Position numbers and translations under genes: made by a program. 64,000 bases of DNA from Narcine bancroftii. Taxonomy: Eukaryota. Positions 13,411-27,326 of the stretch are shown in pieces (the first letter of the stretch is position 1; each line of letters opens with the position of its first letter). The DNA lies in the NCBI RefSeq assembly GCF_036971445.1, contig NC_091476.1:104718001-104782000 (forward strand), read 5' to 3'. Under the pieces are notes generated by a model. That model did not search any database, was not told where the DNA came from, and saw nothing but the letters and a program-made list of their open reading frames with translations.

Positions 13411-16400
13411 GTGACACCTTGAGGGAATCTTTAAACACTGCAATTTTGGCACGGGAGGCTAGAGACCAGAGGAAATAACTTGTGGACATATCCAGGCTAA
13501 AGACTGACTCTAGTGAGTAATTTGTCAGTTAGTGTAGAATGGGCATTCAGGAATTATTTGGCTTGTGGAGGCAAGTGAGAAGAACTCAGGTTTGACATGC
13601 TGGATCTAATGTTCATGGGATCCTGTAGGATGGTAACCAGTGTGAGGGGAAAACAGGAAACATGCCTGCAGATATAGAAATGATGGCATGGTATTCTTCT
13701 CAGCTGAGTCATGTGGCAGCTATTGGTCAATTCAGTGGGAAAGCCACAAAAAGCATGAGAATTGTGGGAATATGACCTGCTGCTGTATTGGCCTCAGAAC
13801 AGGAGGTGCAGGTCCCTGAAGAAAGAAGCAGCTGGGAAGGGTGGTCATCCCTGCTTACCTTGACACAAATGAAAACTGTGCAGAGTACAGCATTGGGGTG
13901 CTGTTCACAAACTAGAAATGGATAATGAAGAGTTGGAAATAGGAATATTGAACAGATTTTATTGTACATCTGAAAGAGAAGAATAATGAAAAGACACTTG
14001 AAACACCTTATTAATTGAGAACTTCATTATAAGCATGCATATTTATACTGCTGAAAGTTGGGTTTGTCCGTGATGTGAATCACCAACACCTTTTGATGAG
14101 GCGCAGAAAATTGGTGTGGGTGGGGGCTCCCCAGTTCGAGAGAGTTGGGTTGCCAGATACAGCGTAAAAATGGATGGGTCCAGTTATGGATTGGAAGCAT
14201 GGGTTTAACACACAGATTGGATTGAACCACTCAAACTGAGAGACGGTGTGTTTCAAAGAATTGCAATATCAGGCAGTGAAGAGTTTCAGGAGTCACTCAA
14301 ACCTTGCTATGCATTGGTCTCACCCAAACAATTCACTGATCAGGTGGGATTGGAGAGGTGCCAAAGAAGGCTGCATGGACATCTGCTGTAGTTCCAACAG
14401 TGGCCATAAAGAATAAGAGTTGGCAGTGTCTCAAAAGTGAAAGAGGGAATAATATTTGGGTTGAGAGTGTAGTAAAGCCAGGCAAGTTTCTTTGTGAGGG
14501 CAGCTGTAGTGATTGAGGTGCAAGGAACCACACAGCGGCACTACTGCAGATGGAGTTTGTTGAAAGCTCATCTAAAGAGATATAATATACATGTGAAGCA
14601 GCAAAATTCAAGGGGAGGTGAGCCAGAGGTTGTGCCATTGAAGGCAAAGGTTGCATACTGGTGATAAAAGAATGATCAAGTGGTCCAGAGCTAAGAGCTG
14701 GGATGAAACTGCATGGCGGGGAATGGAAGGATGACATTGTAGTGTAAATTGGTAATTTCAACCAGGAATACGCCGCTGAGGACATTTAGAGAATGCTGAG
14801 AGCATTTTCAAGACCCAGAGATATGCACTGTTGATTGATCAGGAGTAGAAAGCTGCACACATATTTACTTCACTGTGAGGCTGTCTTTTAAGCAAATATT
14901 GTATTATGATAACAGTCAGACACTTGGACAGAAGGTGTCTGAAATCTCTGCAGTGACTGTCACACGATGGAAGAAACAATACTGCAGAGCAAAGCATCAA
15001 GTGATCCAGAAAACTGCATGTCCCAAAGTGGAGGTTAGAAGCAGGATATTATTTGGACGGTGTAATATTTAAGAGCAGTGGGAATAGCAGAGTCCTCACT
15101 AGCAAGTGGAGTGTTGCAACAAGCTGCAATATGTTCAGTCAACCTCTTCATTGGAGTGTCTGCATGATGGCTGTGCCACTGTGAGGATCTACAGATCAGG
15201 TGAAGGATGAGAGTAAGGGGCGCTATAGCAACATCACTTCAATGAATAGTGCAAATAAGTCTCGAAAAGTGTTTGATATCTACAGGGTTCTGTTTGTAAT
15301 GGTGTCAAATGAAGTTTAAATTGAGTCAAATGGATCGAGGGAGCAATCCATGCTGCTGTGGAGCAAATTGTGTTCCAAAGACCTCTGTGCAATGTTGCAC
15401 TGGGCTTAAAATTTGGTCAGTTCAATATCGATCAAAGTGAGGCCGGAGAGAGTGAAATCGTCCGATTAACGAGCTTTGAAAACAGGTCAGAGGTGATGCC
15501 TCAAATCTCAATAGCAAATAGCATCTGTACCGAAAGGATGTCAAAGTGTGAGGCCAGGTCAGTGCAGAGACGAGAAGATGGGGAATTCTATAAAGGAATC
15601 AAGATTTGAAAAAAGATGAAAGAATTTAGGAAGTACACTGAAAACTTGATGTAGTTGCAACTGCTATTGTGGATACTATCATCAGCCTGTGTTAATGTTC
15701 ATGTTCAGAAAATACATAGATCATGTATTGATGGCTGTGCAGAATAAAAGCTGTTATAGAGGATATAAAACTATATACAAATCCTACCTGGAGTGAAGGT
15801 CCATGGAAATTTACAGTGCCTGGCATGAGTATTGTTGAGAACACACAAGAGACTGCAGATGGTGGAATCTGAAGCTAAATACAATCTGCAGGGGGGAGCT
15901 TCAGTGGGAAAGAAAGAATGGTTGATGTTTCGGGCTGAATTCTTGTTCAGTTCAAGAGTCATGTTTCTTGTGATGAGAACCAGGAACATGTATTAATTTA
16001 TGTTTGCATTTATGACTGTGCAGGGTTGTCGCCCTGTCGTTCCTTAGCTTACTGTAGATAGTTTGTTCCTTTCTGATTGTCATGGCTTCAGATACATTGT
16101 TGCAACAGGCACTGCTGTGAGTAATTTGTTGATTGTCTTGAATAAAGATGCATTGTTGATACCTGCACCCTCCTGACATACCTTTGGGAACAGCCACATT
16201 AAAGTGTCTACAGACAAGGTAGCAGCAATCTGTGCAGGATGATGCTATTTGTCCTGTTTTAAAGATTTGGGGAAAATTTACATTCAATAGCTTGTAATTG
16301 TTAGGGGTTCCTAAATAGGCTTTAGTGCTAAACACAGCATCCAATAACATAAGAAATAAAGGTGAAATCCACTTTTTTAAGGGAATGGTATGGTAGTTTT

Positions 16401-19400
16401 GTATAAGAACAAATGAAATAGTGCATCCTATCTGTGTACTGTCGGGGACTGTGTTACAGCTGATCAGCAGTCAGTCAAGTGTTACACACAAAATGTATCA
16501 TAAATGAAAGCACCTTCAGTGAGTAATGCGCTGTATCAGTATAGAAATTAGAGAACCACTACAGTGGTGGAGAATATGTATCTTTACAATGTTTCCACCA
16601 ACTCCACCAGTAATGGACTAATGTATTCTCAGTGTAAACCAAGCTAACAGCAGCAGAGCACAGAGACTGCATATCCTGTTTTTTCTTGGAATGCTGTTAA
16701 ACATTCTGTTGTCCAGTCAAACCTTCGCACCTTATTCATGGTGCCAGAGAATAAGTTTTATAATATGAGAAACGCTGAGGATGCAGAGCAGTCTGTGGCT
16801 GGCACAGAAGAAGATTGATGTTTGTTTCGCATTTGAACAATGGTTAACCTATTCTGTAAATCGAACCTTACACTCTTTGGACGTTGTACTCTCCCCTTTC
16901 AAAGTGGTTCAAAGATAGCTGGTGGTACTGCAGAGGAGAACTCTTCTGCTTTCAACCACTTGCAGCACAGAGGCAGAAAAATCCAATTCTCAATCCAATG
17001 TTGATAGTTTTAACTGGATGCAAATGGTAGGGGGAGGGGCGGGGGGAGTACTGCGCACAATGGAAGATTCCTGCTCTCACAGAACAGGTTCTTGTCATTG
17101 TGTGATTGTGTTTTATTGTAGGTATTCAGCGCAGGACACCACCAATAGCAAAAATAGATATAGTTGCTGAACACATTTGGAATGAGAAAGGGGCACTGAA
17201 TGCATCAATCTTTGCCTTGAATTGGACCTTCTGCACCAGCTTTTTTTGTGTAAGTTGCATGTTTTGAAATGCTTGGTCTTATTTCCATGCTGATTGAATG
17301 TGAATGGGTAAACTGAACCAATAACTTCCTTACTGCAGATGTCAGCTCTCCATCACTTTTTCCTTGGATATTTACATCATCAACATGTACAATGTTACTG
17401 AGTGCTTACTGACATAAACTGGAACAATAGTTCATGGCCTCTGACCTTTGATTTTAACTCTCATTGAAAGCAAAGAATCATGCGTGCTTTAAGATGTCCC
17501 AGTTGGGGAATAGTTTTTTTTTAATATAGCGTAAGTTCTCCTACCGGTCATTTTATTGTATTAAAAATCTCTTTGCCTGAGAGAAGCATCTTGGGTCTAT
17601 GCTCCCTGTGCTGTGGATTCCAAGGGGAGTACTTTAGTAGCATTGACTTCCTTTGAGTCATCCCACGAATGAGGCACATTTTCCTGATTCATCCTGCTGG
17701 TTAGGTTTATTACAGGAAGGAAACCACAATATTAATTTAAAGCAAGGATGTCCCGATTTAGCCATTATGTTTGGTGACTTAATTTAACATTGTGGCAAAG
17801 CATTGCCTGTTAATGCAGCAAAAATGGATGAAATCCAATTTCCAGGCACCTAGCTTTGAATGATAGGAACAGTACTGCCCACTTTTGTGAATAATTCTTC
17901 TCACTTTTTCTTGCTCCTTCAAGACTTTTTCCTGATACCTGACCTAGGTTCACGTGTAATTGTAAAGAATGACAGATACTGGAAATCTGAAATAAAAATT
18001 GAAAATGCTCAGTAGGTTAGCCAGTATCAATGAGGAGAAAAGCAAAGTTGATGCTTCAGGTTGATGACCTTTCATCAGAACAGGCCATTCACCTGAAGCC
18101 TTTCATGGTTTTCTCTCCAAAGATGTTGTCTGCTCTGCTGAATATCCTCAGCATTTTCTACGTTAATTCGAGGTTGATCTGCCCTACTACACAATTGTTA
18201 ATGAAGCTTATAGATTGAGCCTCATATAGAGTGCCTGTGAAATTGTGTTTTTAGGACCACATTTATTGGCTGAGTTTCTTTTAGGAGTGAACGTGAGTGT
18301 ACTATCTCTTCATTTGTTTTCATGTTTTAGCTGTGTGTTTGAAACCAAGATTAAAAACTGGCGCCATGATGGAAAAGCAGCAAAAACCTATCAGGAGAGA
18401 GAAACTATACATTCTGGGCACAAGACACTTGGCATTTTCCTATACTTAAAGCCTACACTTGACACAGCGGTTAGATACCAAAAACACATTTCAGTCCAAT
18501 GTGGCGGTTCAGGAGTTATACAACAAAGAGCAATGTAAGAAATGGGATTTCTATGCAAGGGAGAGGGAAGATATTTGGTCCATTAGAATTCTATCCGAAG
18601 ATAATAATTGTGATAGATCCAGCAAAATACAGAATAGGAAGGGACTGGGTCCATTGCAATCTTATAAAAGAGGTGTAAATGGGAAGGATTTAGTCTCAAG
18701 AAGTTTAATTCCCACTTAAAATTAGGGTGAAAAGAAAGGAATTTGAATTGTTGACATTCCATTCATTGGAAGTTATTGGGAAAGGTTTTTAAAAAAAAAA
18801 AATTTTTTAGAGTATTTCATTTGATAAAATCAGAGCAGATTTGGAATATTTAGATTCTATAAATTAGAAGTAAATAAAAAAGAGTTTGGGATATTTTTCG
18901 TTTCATGTGATGCAGAAAAAAGTGCAGTTGTCATGTGATTAAAGGAAGGGTGACCTTCGTAAGAAGTAGAGAAGCCGATATACATTTCTAGGCTGCGACT
19001 CTGTACATTTATCAGTCAATATCCATCATACCAGATAAAACAAGTGGATCATCTCTTCCACACTGCTAAAAACAATCCAGAAATGTCAATATTTTCTCCA
19101 TAATAAATGAAACATTTGTTTAAGTAAAAGCTGGAATTATTAAACTATAAACTCTTATATCCACAACTCTAAATAGAGAACATTTTCCTCATTAAAATAA
19201 TTCTTGACAAAGTGCTTTCACATTAACTAGTGCACGACTGAGCCACACAGTCCAGAAAGATCTCTGCCTCATTCTCAGCTCTGTCTTTAGCTGGGGCAAC
19301 AGTTATGATGCATCAATTCCCTGAATAGGCGTGGGATGAGTACGGGGTAGGAGAGTGCTGTCAAGAGGGCTTGCTTGCTGTCTAGTCACTCCTGTGTGGA

Positions 19401-21030
19401 GGGTGAGAGGGGCCAGGACTGGCTTTAACTCTGGTACCCTTGGGTTGAATATCCTGGTGAAACCATACATGTGGAGGATTACTTGTGTGAGGTGCCCTTG
19501 GAACCTGTAGCCCACCAAATGTAAATACGTTCAAAAGAGGAATGCACAAAGTCGCTGACTAAAACACTCTGATTTTCCATTCGGGAAAGAAAATTACCAT
19601 CCTAAATCTGACCTAAGTGTAATGCCACCTTTACCAAAAGACTGACCCTTAACTACCCTCTGAAATAACCAAGCAAGCTGCCAGATTCAAGCTGCAAAGT
19701 CTCTGTGTGATGAATTCATTAAAACAAAAAGCCATCACTGGCCACTTTATCTCTCTGGGAGGTTAAAAGTCATCCCAACCCCCACCCCCTCAGAACATAT
19801 CCCATAAAAACTTTCGGAAAAGACTCACTAAATTATACAGTTGACTGATACAACCTCATATTTCCTCTTAATTCTCCTCTTCATCCATCTTTCCTGTTCT
19901 ACACCCTCCTCCCACCATTCAATCCGCTCAGTTCACACCTGAGCATAATGATGTTGATTGGTCATTTTCTTTTCTGCCTGTAGAAGGGTTCAATTTTCAG
20001 ACTAAGCACATAATTGAATACTACAGGGTCTATTTGCATCCAGCCAATACACCATTCCATCTCACCGATTGTCTTGCCACAGTGCAATGTGAACTGTCAG
20101 TGCAGCATGTGAAGAGGAGTGGACTCCTGCAAGCCAGGCCCAGTGTGGTTAACTATGGCCCCTTAATGAACCCTTGCGCAGAGAAGGCCAGCTTCACACC
20201 TACTGAACATTCTGGCTCACTGCAGGGTCTGAAACAAAACAGAGGTCACTGCTCACACAAAGAGGAGATAAGCACAAAGGAACACTGGGTCTGAAACATG
20301 ATCATTAGGATTGGCCAACCATTACCACGACCAGCCAATCGGACAGGAGGCTAACATTGTGGATGCCCATTAAACCTATCCCTCCGCAACACAGAGAGTT
20401 CACGATCAGTCAGGGATCATTGCTGGTTATTGATCAGCCAGTGCTCAAGGGGCAGCGTTGACAAAAGAAAACTTGGCTTGCAAGCAGAATATTCTGCATG
20501 TAAAGTAAGAGCCAAGCCCACTGAATCAAAGACAATAGCAGCAGCATTGTATATCCACCGTTACTCACACAAGAACAATATCAAACGGCACTTACAACTT
20601 TCAACATTTCCCTTCCCTCCCACCCTCATGAAAACCCCAATTTGCTCCCCCATGCCTGTCCCAACCTCCCCCATTGGTTGACATGTAGCAGTGTCTTGGC
20701 TCATAAGCGGGCACTCCTGATTGTGTCAGTCCAAAAATGCTAATTACAAGGCCTCGGGCAGGAGAAGTTTGCTTGTGTTTGTGTTCACACTGACACTAAT
20801 ACTACTCGTGAAGGCAGAGACACAGTATTAACCCTTTTAAAACCAGTGTGGCAAAATTGCATCCCATTTTGAGTGCCACACAGGGTGCAAGAGTGTAAAA
20901 TGAAATGGGTTCCATTGGTTAACAAAGGGTTAAATGGCTTTATAGCCAATGTCTGAAAGAGGGGTTTTGTTGCTAGACAGTGGGCTCAGTGCTGTGCCTG
21001 CATAGTCACGGGTTGGTCAGTGACAATCAT

Positions 21031-21246
21031 TTACACATACTGTTCTTTTGGGTAAATGTACGGTGCCCGGGAGCCAGGCTGGGGGTATCTGTGAGCAGCA
21101 TCAGGGTGACAGGAAAGGTCTGGGGGTCCATACGATAACTTATTATAAAGAGGGTGGAGTTGCTCCAAGTAGTCGTCGTGGTAATTGTGCTGGCTGCTCA
21201 TGTATTCATCTTCATCTGATAGTTCTTCATAGCGATTCCCATTGTA
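21031..21246 (-). CDS. NECTIN1: Alternative terminal exon B: YNGNRYEELSDEDEY...DDYLEQLHPLYNKLSY...APYIYPKEQYV* (afadin PDZ-binding C-terminus)
   Basis: Branch-like gctaat, then ctcccgtctttaattccgcag|TAC AAT GGG, phase 0, 71 codons to TAA. Ends in the nectin E/A-x-Y-V motif. Resembles recalled nectin-2delta EYLDKINPIYDALSY and nectin-3beta LYINPREHYV. Confidence 0.9.
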   Translation of the reverse strand, partial: YNGNRYEELSDEDEYMSSQHNYHDDYLEQLHPLYNKLSYGPPDLSCHPDAAHRYPQPGSRAPYIYPKEQYV

Positions 21247-21379
21247 CTGCGGAATTAAAGACGGGAGAATTCAGAATTAGCTTTGTCCTTCACTGTGACA
21301 AATTAACATCATTTTGCAATAGAAATCCATTTACACAGTGGTTAGGCTGCACTTGTCTCCAAGGGCTATACCTCACTGA

Positions 21380-21600
21380 CGACACACAGTACGCTGGAGG
21401 AACTCGGCGGATCAGGCCCATCCATGGAAAAAAATAGACAATGTTTTGGGCCAGAACCTATCATCAGGAGGGTTCCTGATGAAGTGTTCTGGCTCGAAGC
21501 ATTGATTGTCTCTTTCGTTCCATGGATGGGCCTGACTTGCTGATTTTCTCCATCATTTCATATGTTATTCCAGTTTTTCAACATCTGCAGATTTTTTGAG
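21380..21600. mobile_element. Penelope-derived foldback element just upstream of the exon B acceptor
   Basis: Arms tcaggcccatccatggaa...gccagaacctatcatcagga and tcctgatgaagtgttctggc...ttccatggatgggcctga around a loop of a few nt. Confidence 0.8.
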
Positions 21601-21890
21601 CACCTCACTGACAGGTCTGGCCTTCATATGAGAGGCTGATACTGATCTTATCAATATTCACATGAACATTTTTGCTTGTGCATTTATGGGCGTATATCTC
21701 TACACGTGGTAAATTGGGACCATTATCAGTTAATGAAACTGGAGAGCTGGCATGTTCTATTTTTTATTGTTAAATGCAAATACAGAATTCCTTTTGATTT
21801 TCTTGAATAGTAAAGCACATGAGTTTCAGTGACTATCGAGTTGACTTGGTTTGAGCTGCAGGATTGCTTTACGTTTAGATTCAGGTCAAT

Positions 21891-22528
21891 TTGAAGTTCA
21901 AGAACTTCAAATTCTTGGGTGTCAACATCTCTGAGGATCTGTCCTGGAGCAATCACAATGTTGATGCAATCACAAAGAAGGCTTGCCAGTGGCTATACTT
22001 TGTGCGGTGGCTGAGGAAGTTCGGTATGTCACCGAAGACTCTTGTAAACTTTTACGGTGTACCATGGAGAGCATTCTGGCTGGCTGCATCACTGCCTGGT
22101 ATGGAGGCATCAGCTCTCAGGACAAAGATAAACTTCTCAAGGTTGTTAACTTGGCCTGCAACATCACAGGCACCAGCCTTCACTCCATCGAGGACATCTA
22201 CAAGAAGCAGTGTAAGCGGTGTCTTAAAAAAAGCAGCCTCTCTCCTCAAAGACTCCCCCCCCCCCACCCACCACCCAGGCCATGCCCTCTTCACCCTGCT
22301 ACCACACTCAGAGATGAGCACTCAGCAACACAAGGACAGTTTCTTCCCCACTGCCAACAGATTCCAACGAACCAAAGACACGGCCTTACTTTATGTGCAC
22401 TATTATTTTTTTTAATATATAGTAATGTTATAACACGGTATATAATATGAATGTTTCCTCTATGATGCTCCCCCAAAACACTGAATTTTATGACTTGTTC
22501 ATGACTATAAATTCTGATTCTGATCTGA
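21891..22528 (+). mobile_element. Rex1/Babar-type LINE 3' fragment
   Basis: FKFLGVNISEDLSWS, TMESILAGCITAWYG; (attctg)n tail. Confidence 0.88.
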
Positions 22529-24151
22529 GACTCCCCAGCATCACCCTTTTCTACCCCTGATACATCCTCTGCTTCACAGCCTTCCTGGATCATCACACTC
22601 CACTTCCAGCATCTCGTGTGTCTAGAAATGGCATCACTCCCCAGCTGGATGCCAGAGTTCTGACCTCTGGAATTTTGTCTGTAAACCATTTTTCCTTTCT
22701 CTCCCTCTTTAAAACCTTCCTTAAATTTACCGTTCGACCAATCGTTTGATCTCCACATTCCACATCCCATAAAGTGGCTGGGTGTCAGTTTTGATGAAGT
22801 GCTTTAGAATATTTTTATCATCTGCCTATTTACTGTATAAATACAAGTTATGTCCCGTTTAAAGAGATGTGCAGAGTAAATTCTGCCACAATAGAAAGGA
22901 GACTAAGATATTTTTTAATCTCACTGATGGATGAAATTGGGTAAAATTCTGGGAGAATCCATGGGGATAATTCTCTTTTAATTATTCTTTCAGGTAAGAT
23001 TGATTCTTCTACGCCACAAAAAGAATGGCTCTCGTTTATGCAGGCATTTCAGGGAAGAGATTGCAAACATTCTCCCACCAATGCCAAAGATTTATTTTCA
23101 CTGCAAACATCCTGAAATTCATTGATTGCTTTTCTCTACCACTGTTACATGAGTTGGCCTTCATATTAAGAACAAAAGAGCAAGACACAGGCAGGCTATT
23201 TCAGTTCTTCCTGATATCCTTCATCTCCATCTACCTGCACATCCCAATCTCCTTTGCGATCTTTGTCATAGAATCATTGCTGCAGAACGGAACAAGGTCA
23301 ACCCATAAGCATCCACTTTTAACTCGATCCTATCCTAATCCATGTTGTATCTTACAACTATTATTCTCTGTTTTATCCTCAAAAACTGCAGCTTTGTTGA
23401 GAGAATTCCAAGAATTGATATCCCATGCTGAAACCGTTTTCTCCGATTCTCAATTTTCCAGTCAAGAGAAATAACTTCTCATTTGTTAAGGCCCTTAATA
23501 TTTTCCATAAGAGCAGTTCACTTTAGAAAGGATGTGAAAGTGCTGGAGATGTTTCATGAGAGGGGTGAGAGACTTCAACAATTGGAGAAGCTGAGGGTTT
23601 CTCTTTCAGAGGAGCTTTGCTGGAGATGTACTCAATAGTGGCTAGTTTAGACTGGTTAAATCGAGTGACAGGTGACTCAAGATTTAAAGGTTAATGTGAG
23701 AATGTTTTTACATTGACATGAATTCATGCTTGTTAAGGTAGTGAAAAGGTGGTTAGTTACAGCTCTTAAAAGGAAACTGGAGAGGCAGGGTTATGAGGAA
23801 AGAATGGGGAAATGGGACAGATATGATGCTTTTCAGGGGGTTGGCATGGATTTGATGGGCCAAATGGTCTTCTTTTATGCAAGAAAGACTCTGCAATCAT
23901 TTATTCCATATTGTTAATTCATTTCCCTTACGTGGGGATTCCTGGCAGGGTCATCCCAAGTCATCATTGAGAAGGAGGTACCAAGTCATCTTCCTGAATC
24001 ACTACAATCGTTGCAGGATTGCAGTCACCCTCACTACAGTCATTCAAGAGTTCAGGAATTTCATCCAGCTAACAATGTAGGATTGGTGAAATATTTCCAA
24101 GTCAGGATAACGAATAACCTAAGGAAAACCTGCTGGTGGTGGTAGGGAATG

Positions 24152-24405
24152 GGGAGTCCGACATAGTTAGTGTAGCAGTTAGCGCCACGTTCTTACAGTG
24201 CCAGCGAACCAGGTTCAAATCTGACGCTGTCCATAAGGAGTTTGTACATTCTCCCCGAATCTGTCTGGGCTTTCTTCTGGGTGCTCCAGTTTCTTCCCAC
24301 ATTCCAAAGATCTGCGGGGTTAGTAGGTTACATGGGTATAAATGGGCGTTGCAGGCTCATGGCCTGGAAGAGCCTATCACGGTGCGATATTGAATTTAAG
24401 TCTAA
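24152..24405 (+). mobile_element. V-SINE (HE1-like)
   Basis: Same head, core and tail as 10402-10666. Confidence 0.82.
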
Positions 24406-24974
24406 TTCACCTAATTTCTCCTCATTTCAAGAATCAATGTAGTTTAATCCTTGGTAAATTCCTTTCCAATGCAAGTATATCCAAACTTAGATAAGGAAAC
24501 CTAGACTGTGGCTGCAGTGATTTCACCAACAGCTTGGATGAATGGAGTATTTGAAATATTAATGTACTATTTTCTTTCCTCATTTCCAGTTGTACCTGTA
24601 TGTTTACTTTCTGTTATCCTTATAAGACGGTTGGCAGGTCCTTTTCAATACCAAATTATCCTAATCTCTCAATGTTTAAAAATCATTTTAAGTTTCTACT
24701 TTTTAATATTTCTTCACCATGATATCTCTTCAAACACATAAATCAATGGTTTCCTCTCAAAAAAAAATAGAGTATGGAAACAGGCCTTACAGGCCAACTT
24801 GCCCATGATGGCCAACTTGCCCATGATGACCAAATTGTCCCACCCACATTAGTTCCACCTGTCTGCATTTGGCTCATATCCCTCTAAACTGATCCGATCC
24901 ACATAATCATCCAAATGTTTCTTAATAGCAATAGTACCTGCCTCAACTACCTCTTCCGCAGCCTGTTCCATACA

Positions 24975-25412
24975 CAGTCCTGGTTTTGGAGTTTGCTAAT
25001 AATTTTTGAGGGGATGATGGTGTTTAATGCCTGATTGTAGTCGATAAAGAGCATCCTGATGAATGCATCTTTATGTCCAGGTGTTCCAGGGCTTTGTGTA
25101 GAGCCAATGAGACGGCATCTGTTGTAGACCTGTTGTTACGATAGGTGACCTGGAACTTATCCATGTCATCTCTCAGACAGGAGCTGATCTGCTTCAACAC
25201 CAGTCTTTCAAAACACTTCATCACTGTTGATGTAGGTGCTACTGGTCGATAGCCATTACGGCAGGTGACTACACTCTTCTGTTTGAAACAGGTGGGTACC
25301 ACACCTTGCTGGAGTGAGATATTGAAGATATCCATGAATACACTGGGAAAGTGGTCAGCACTGATTTTTGATACTCAGCCAAGTACTCCATCTGGGCTGG
25401 ATGCTTTTCTCA
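24975..25412 (-). mobile_element. Rex1-type RT fragment
   Basis: DIFNISLQQGVVPTCFK, YRPVAPTSTVMKCFERLV. Confidence 0.85.
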
Positions 25413-25569
25413 GAAGCATCCTCAGATATGGACAGAATATCTCCACAGATCATAGAGTACATCCAAATTACAACAAAGACACATATGATTCCATTGTATT
25501 GTCCATCTGATATCAATGAGCCACATGAACATCCTGCTAGCCTTCTTCAGCTAAGCCATAGCATATCCT

Positions 25570-25814
25570 TAAATTTAAAATTTAGACATACAGTACGGTA
25601 ACAGTCCAATTAGGCCCTATGAGTCTGTGCCACCCAATTTACACCCCATTAACCTACACCCTGGAATGTTTTGAACAGTGGGAGAAAACCTACGCAATCA
25701 CAGGGAGAATGTACAAACTCCTTTCAGATAGCGTGGGATTTTAACCCCAGCCCAGTCTCAATCACTGGCACCGTAAAGGCATTGCACTAATCACTAGGCC
25801 AACCGTGTCACCCT
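25570..25814 (-). mobile_element. V-SINE (HE1-like)
   Basis: Reverse complement of the 10402 family. Confidence 0.8.
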
Positions 25815-26510
25815 AGTTCCCCTATCTTGCTGTTTTCTAAACTTGCCTAAGATCAATTCACTCAATTTGCTCTGTATGAAAATGAACACTATGCTCTCAC
25901 CACTGTGTAAAATATTTTCATCTGTATTCTCTATTGGATATTTATTGGTGATTATTTTATATGAATGACTCCCAGTTTAGTTCCTGCCCCTCCAGGTGAA
26001 AACACTTTCTTCATGCTTATCCCCCACCTATGCCACCTTAGCCATCCCTTTTCCATAGCAAAGGGGTCTAAGTAGTTCTGATTTCTTGATTGTTACAACC
26101 TCTCAATTCTGGTATCATCTTTGAGAACAGCAGTGATCTAATGAAGGACCATTCCTGAGAGGTTATGCAGACTGGTGACTTTCCCTGGTTCTCATAATCT
26201 GTCCCTGGTGTTTATCGGCAAGTAATCACAGGTTCCTGCACTGACACCTGGCAGGAACCACTGGGAGCTCTCCTCATGATTCAGGCACCAGCGATGGTCA
26301 GAACAGGGTTACTGCTTCCTGTGAGGACAAGTCAGCAATGGGCTTAAACTTGTAGGCATTCAGCAAGATGTCACGGGACATTAATGGGCACTACACTGCT
26401 CACAACCATCTTAGCTGGTACCCCTTCATTGCCAGCCATCAATATGGCCTCAGGAGCTCTCTTGGCCTGATACATGCTTTAAAACATGGTTATATCCGGA
26501 ACATCTTTGG

Positions 26511-26516
26511 TTTATT
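26511..26516 (-). promoter_or_regulatory. Candidate proximal poly(A) signal (AATAAA) for terminal exon A
   Basis: Plus-strand tttatt about 810 nt downstream of the exon A stop; an ATTAAA variant also occurs near 26593. No transcript evidence. Confidence 0.35.
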
Positions 26517-27326
26517 GTCAGTTTCTCAGTTTGCACGAGTGAGACTGTTTCTGAGATGCTCAGGCTTCTTTAACCATACTGTGATGTGCTCCTTTAATAA
26601 CCTTATCCATTTTAAATTTAGCTTTGCTAAAATGTTTCTACTTCTGCCACTCCCTGGACATTCTAATCTGCCCTTGAAGAATTGCCCAAGAAGCCTGAGG
26701 TTGAGTATAAATAGTCCATATCCATTTACTGTAAAAAATCTGCCAGTATCCACAGCGGAGTAATTCATGCCAAAAGAGAAAAGTTCCTGAGTGCACGGGA
26801 CTTGGAAAATGAGTGTCCTTTAAGAGATAAAGGTCTTCTTTGCCCTCTACATGAATAAAACCACGTGAACATTTTCTGGGAATGCAGTGATATTTTAGAA
26901 TAGATCTGTGCTTATCTTTCCATACTGTGACAGACAATCGCTGTGATTTAAAATCAAATCCGGTCAACTAGGAATACAATTACAAAGGCATTTTTGCAAC
27001 ATACAGTACAATTTTAAAACATTCTTAGATTCACTGCATGCCATGCAATATGCAGCTGGTCAAAGCAGCAACCAGTGCAGAATGTTAGAACATTCATCAT
27101 AAACAGACACACAAAGCACTAAGGTGTGTCTAATTAAGGTGTGTATAATTATTGGGACTGTTTTGCCCATAAATCAGAACATGCACGACAAAGTCAGTGA
27201 TCGGAACCATTCCACTAAGTGCATTGCGTGCAATGGTGACCTGGTTACTTTGAGGAACAAAGAGGGGGGAATGCAGAAGTGTACCTGGAGTCAAAGATCA
27301 GAGGGAAAGGCCTAAAAAGGCAGGCT

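Noticed and set aside
21048-21437. Plus-strand 129-aa ORF
   Set aside because: Antisense shadow of the real minus-strand exon 21031-21246.
23025-23474. 149-aa plus-strand ORF
   Set aside because: No homology recognised; overlaps decayed antisense CR1-like sequence.
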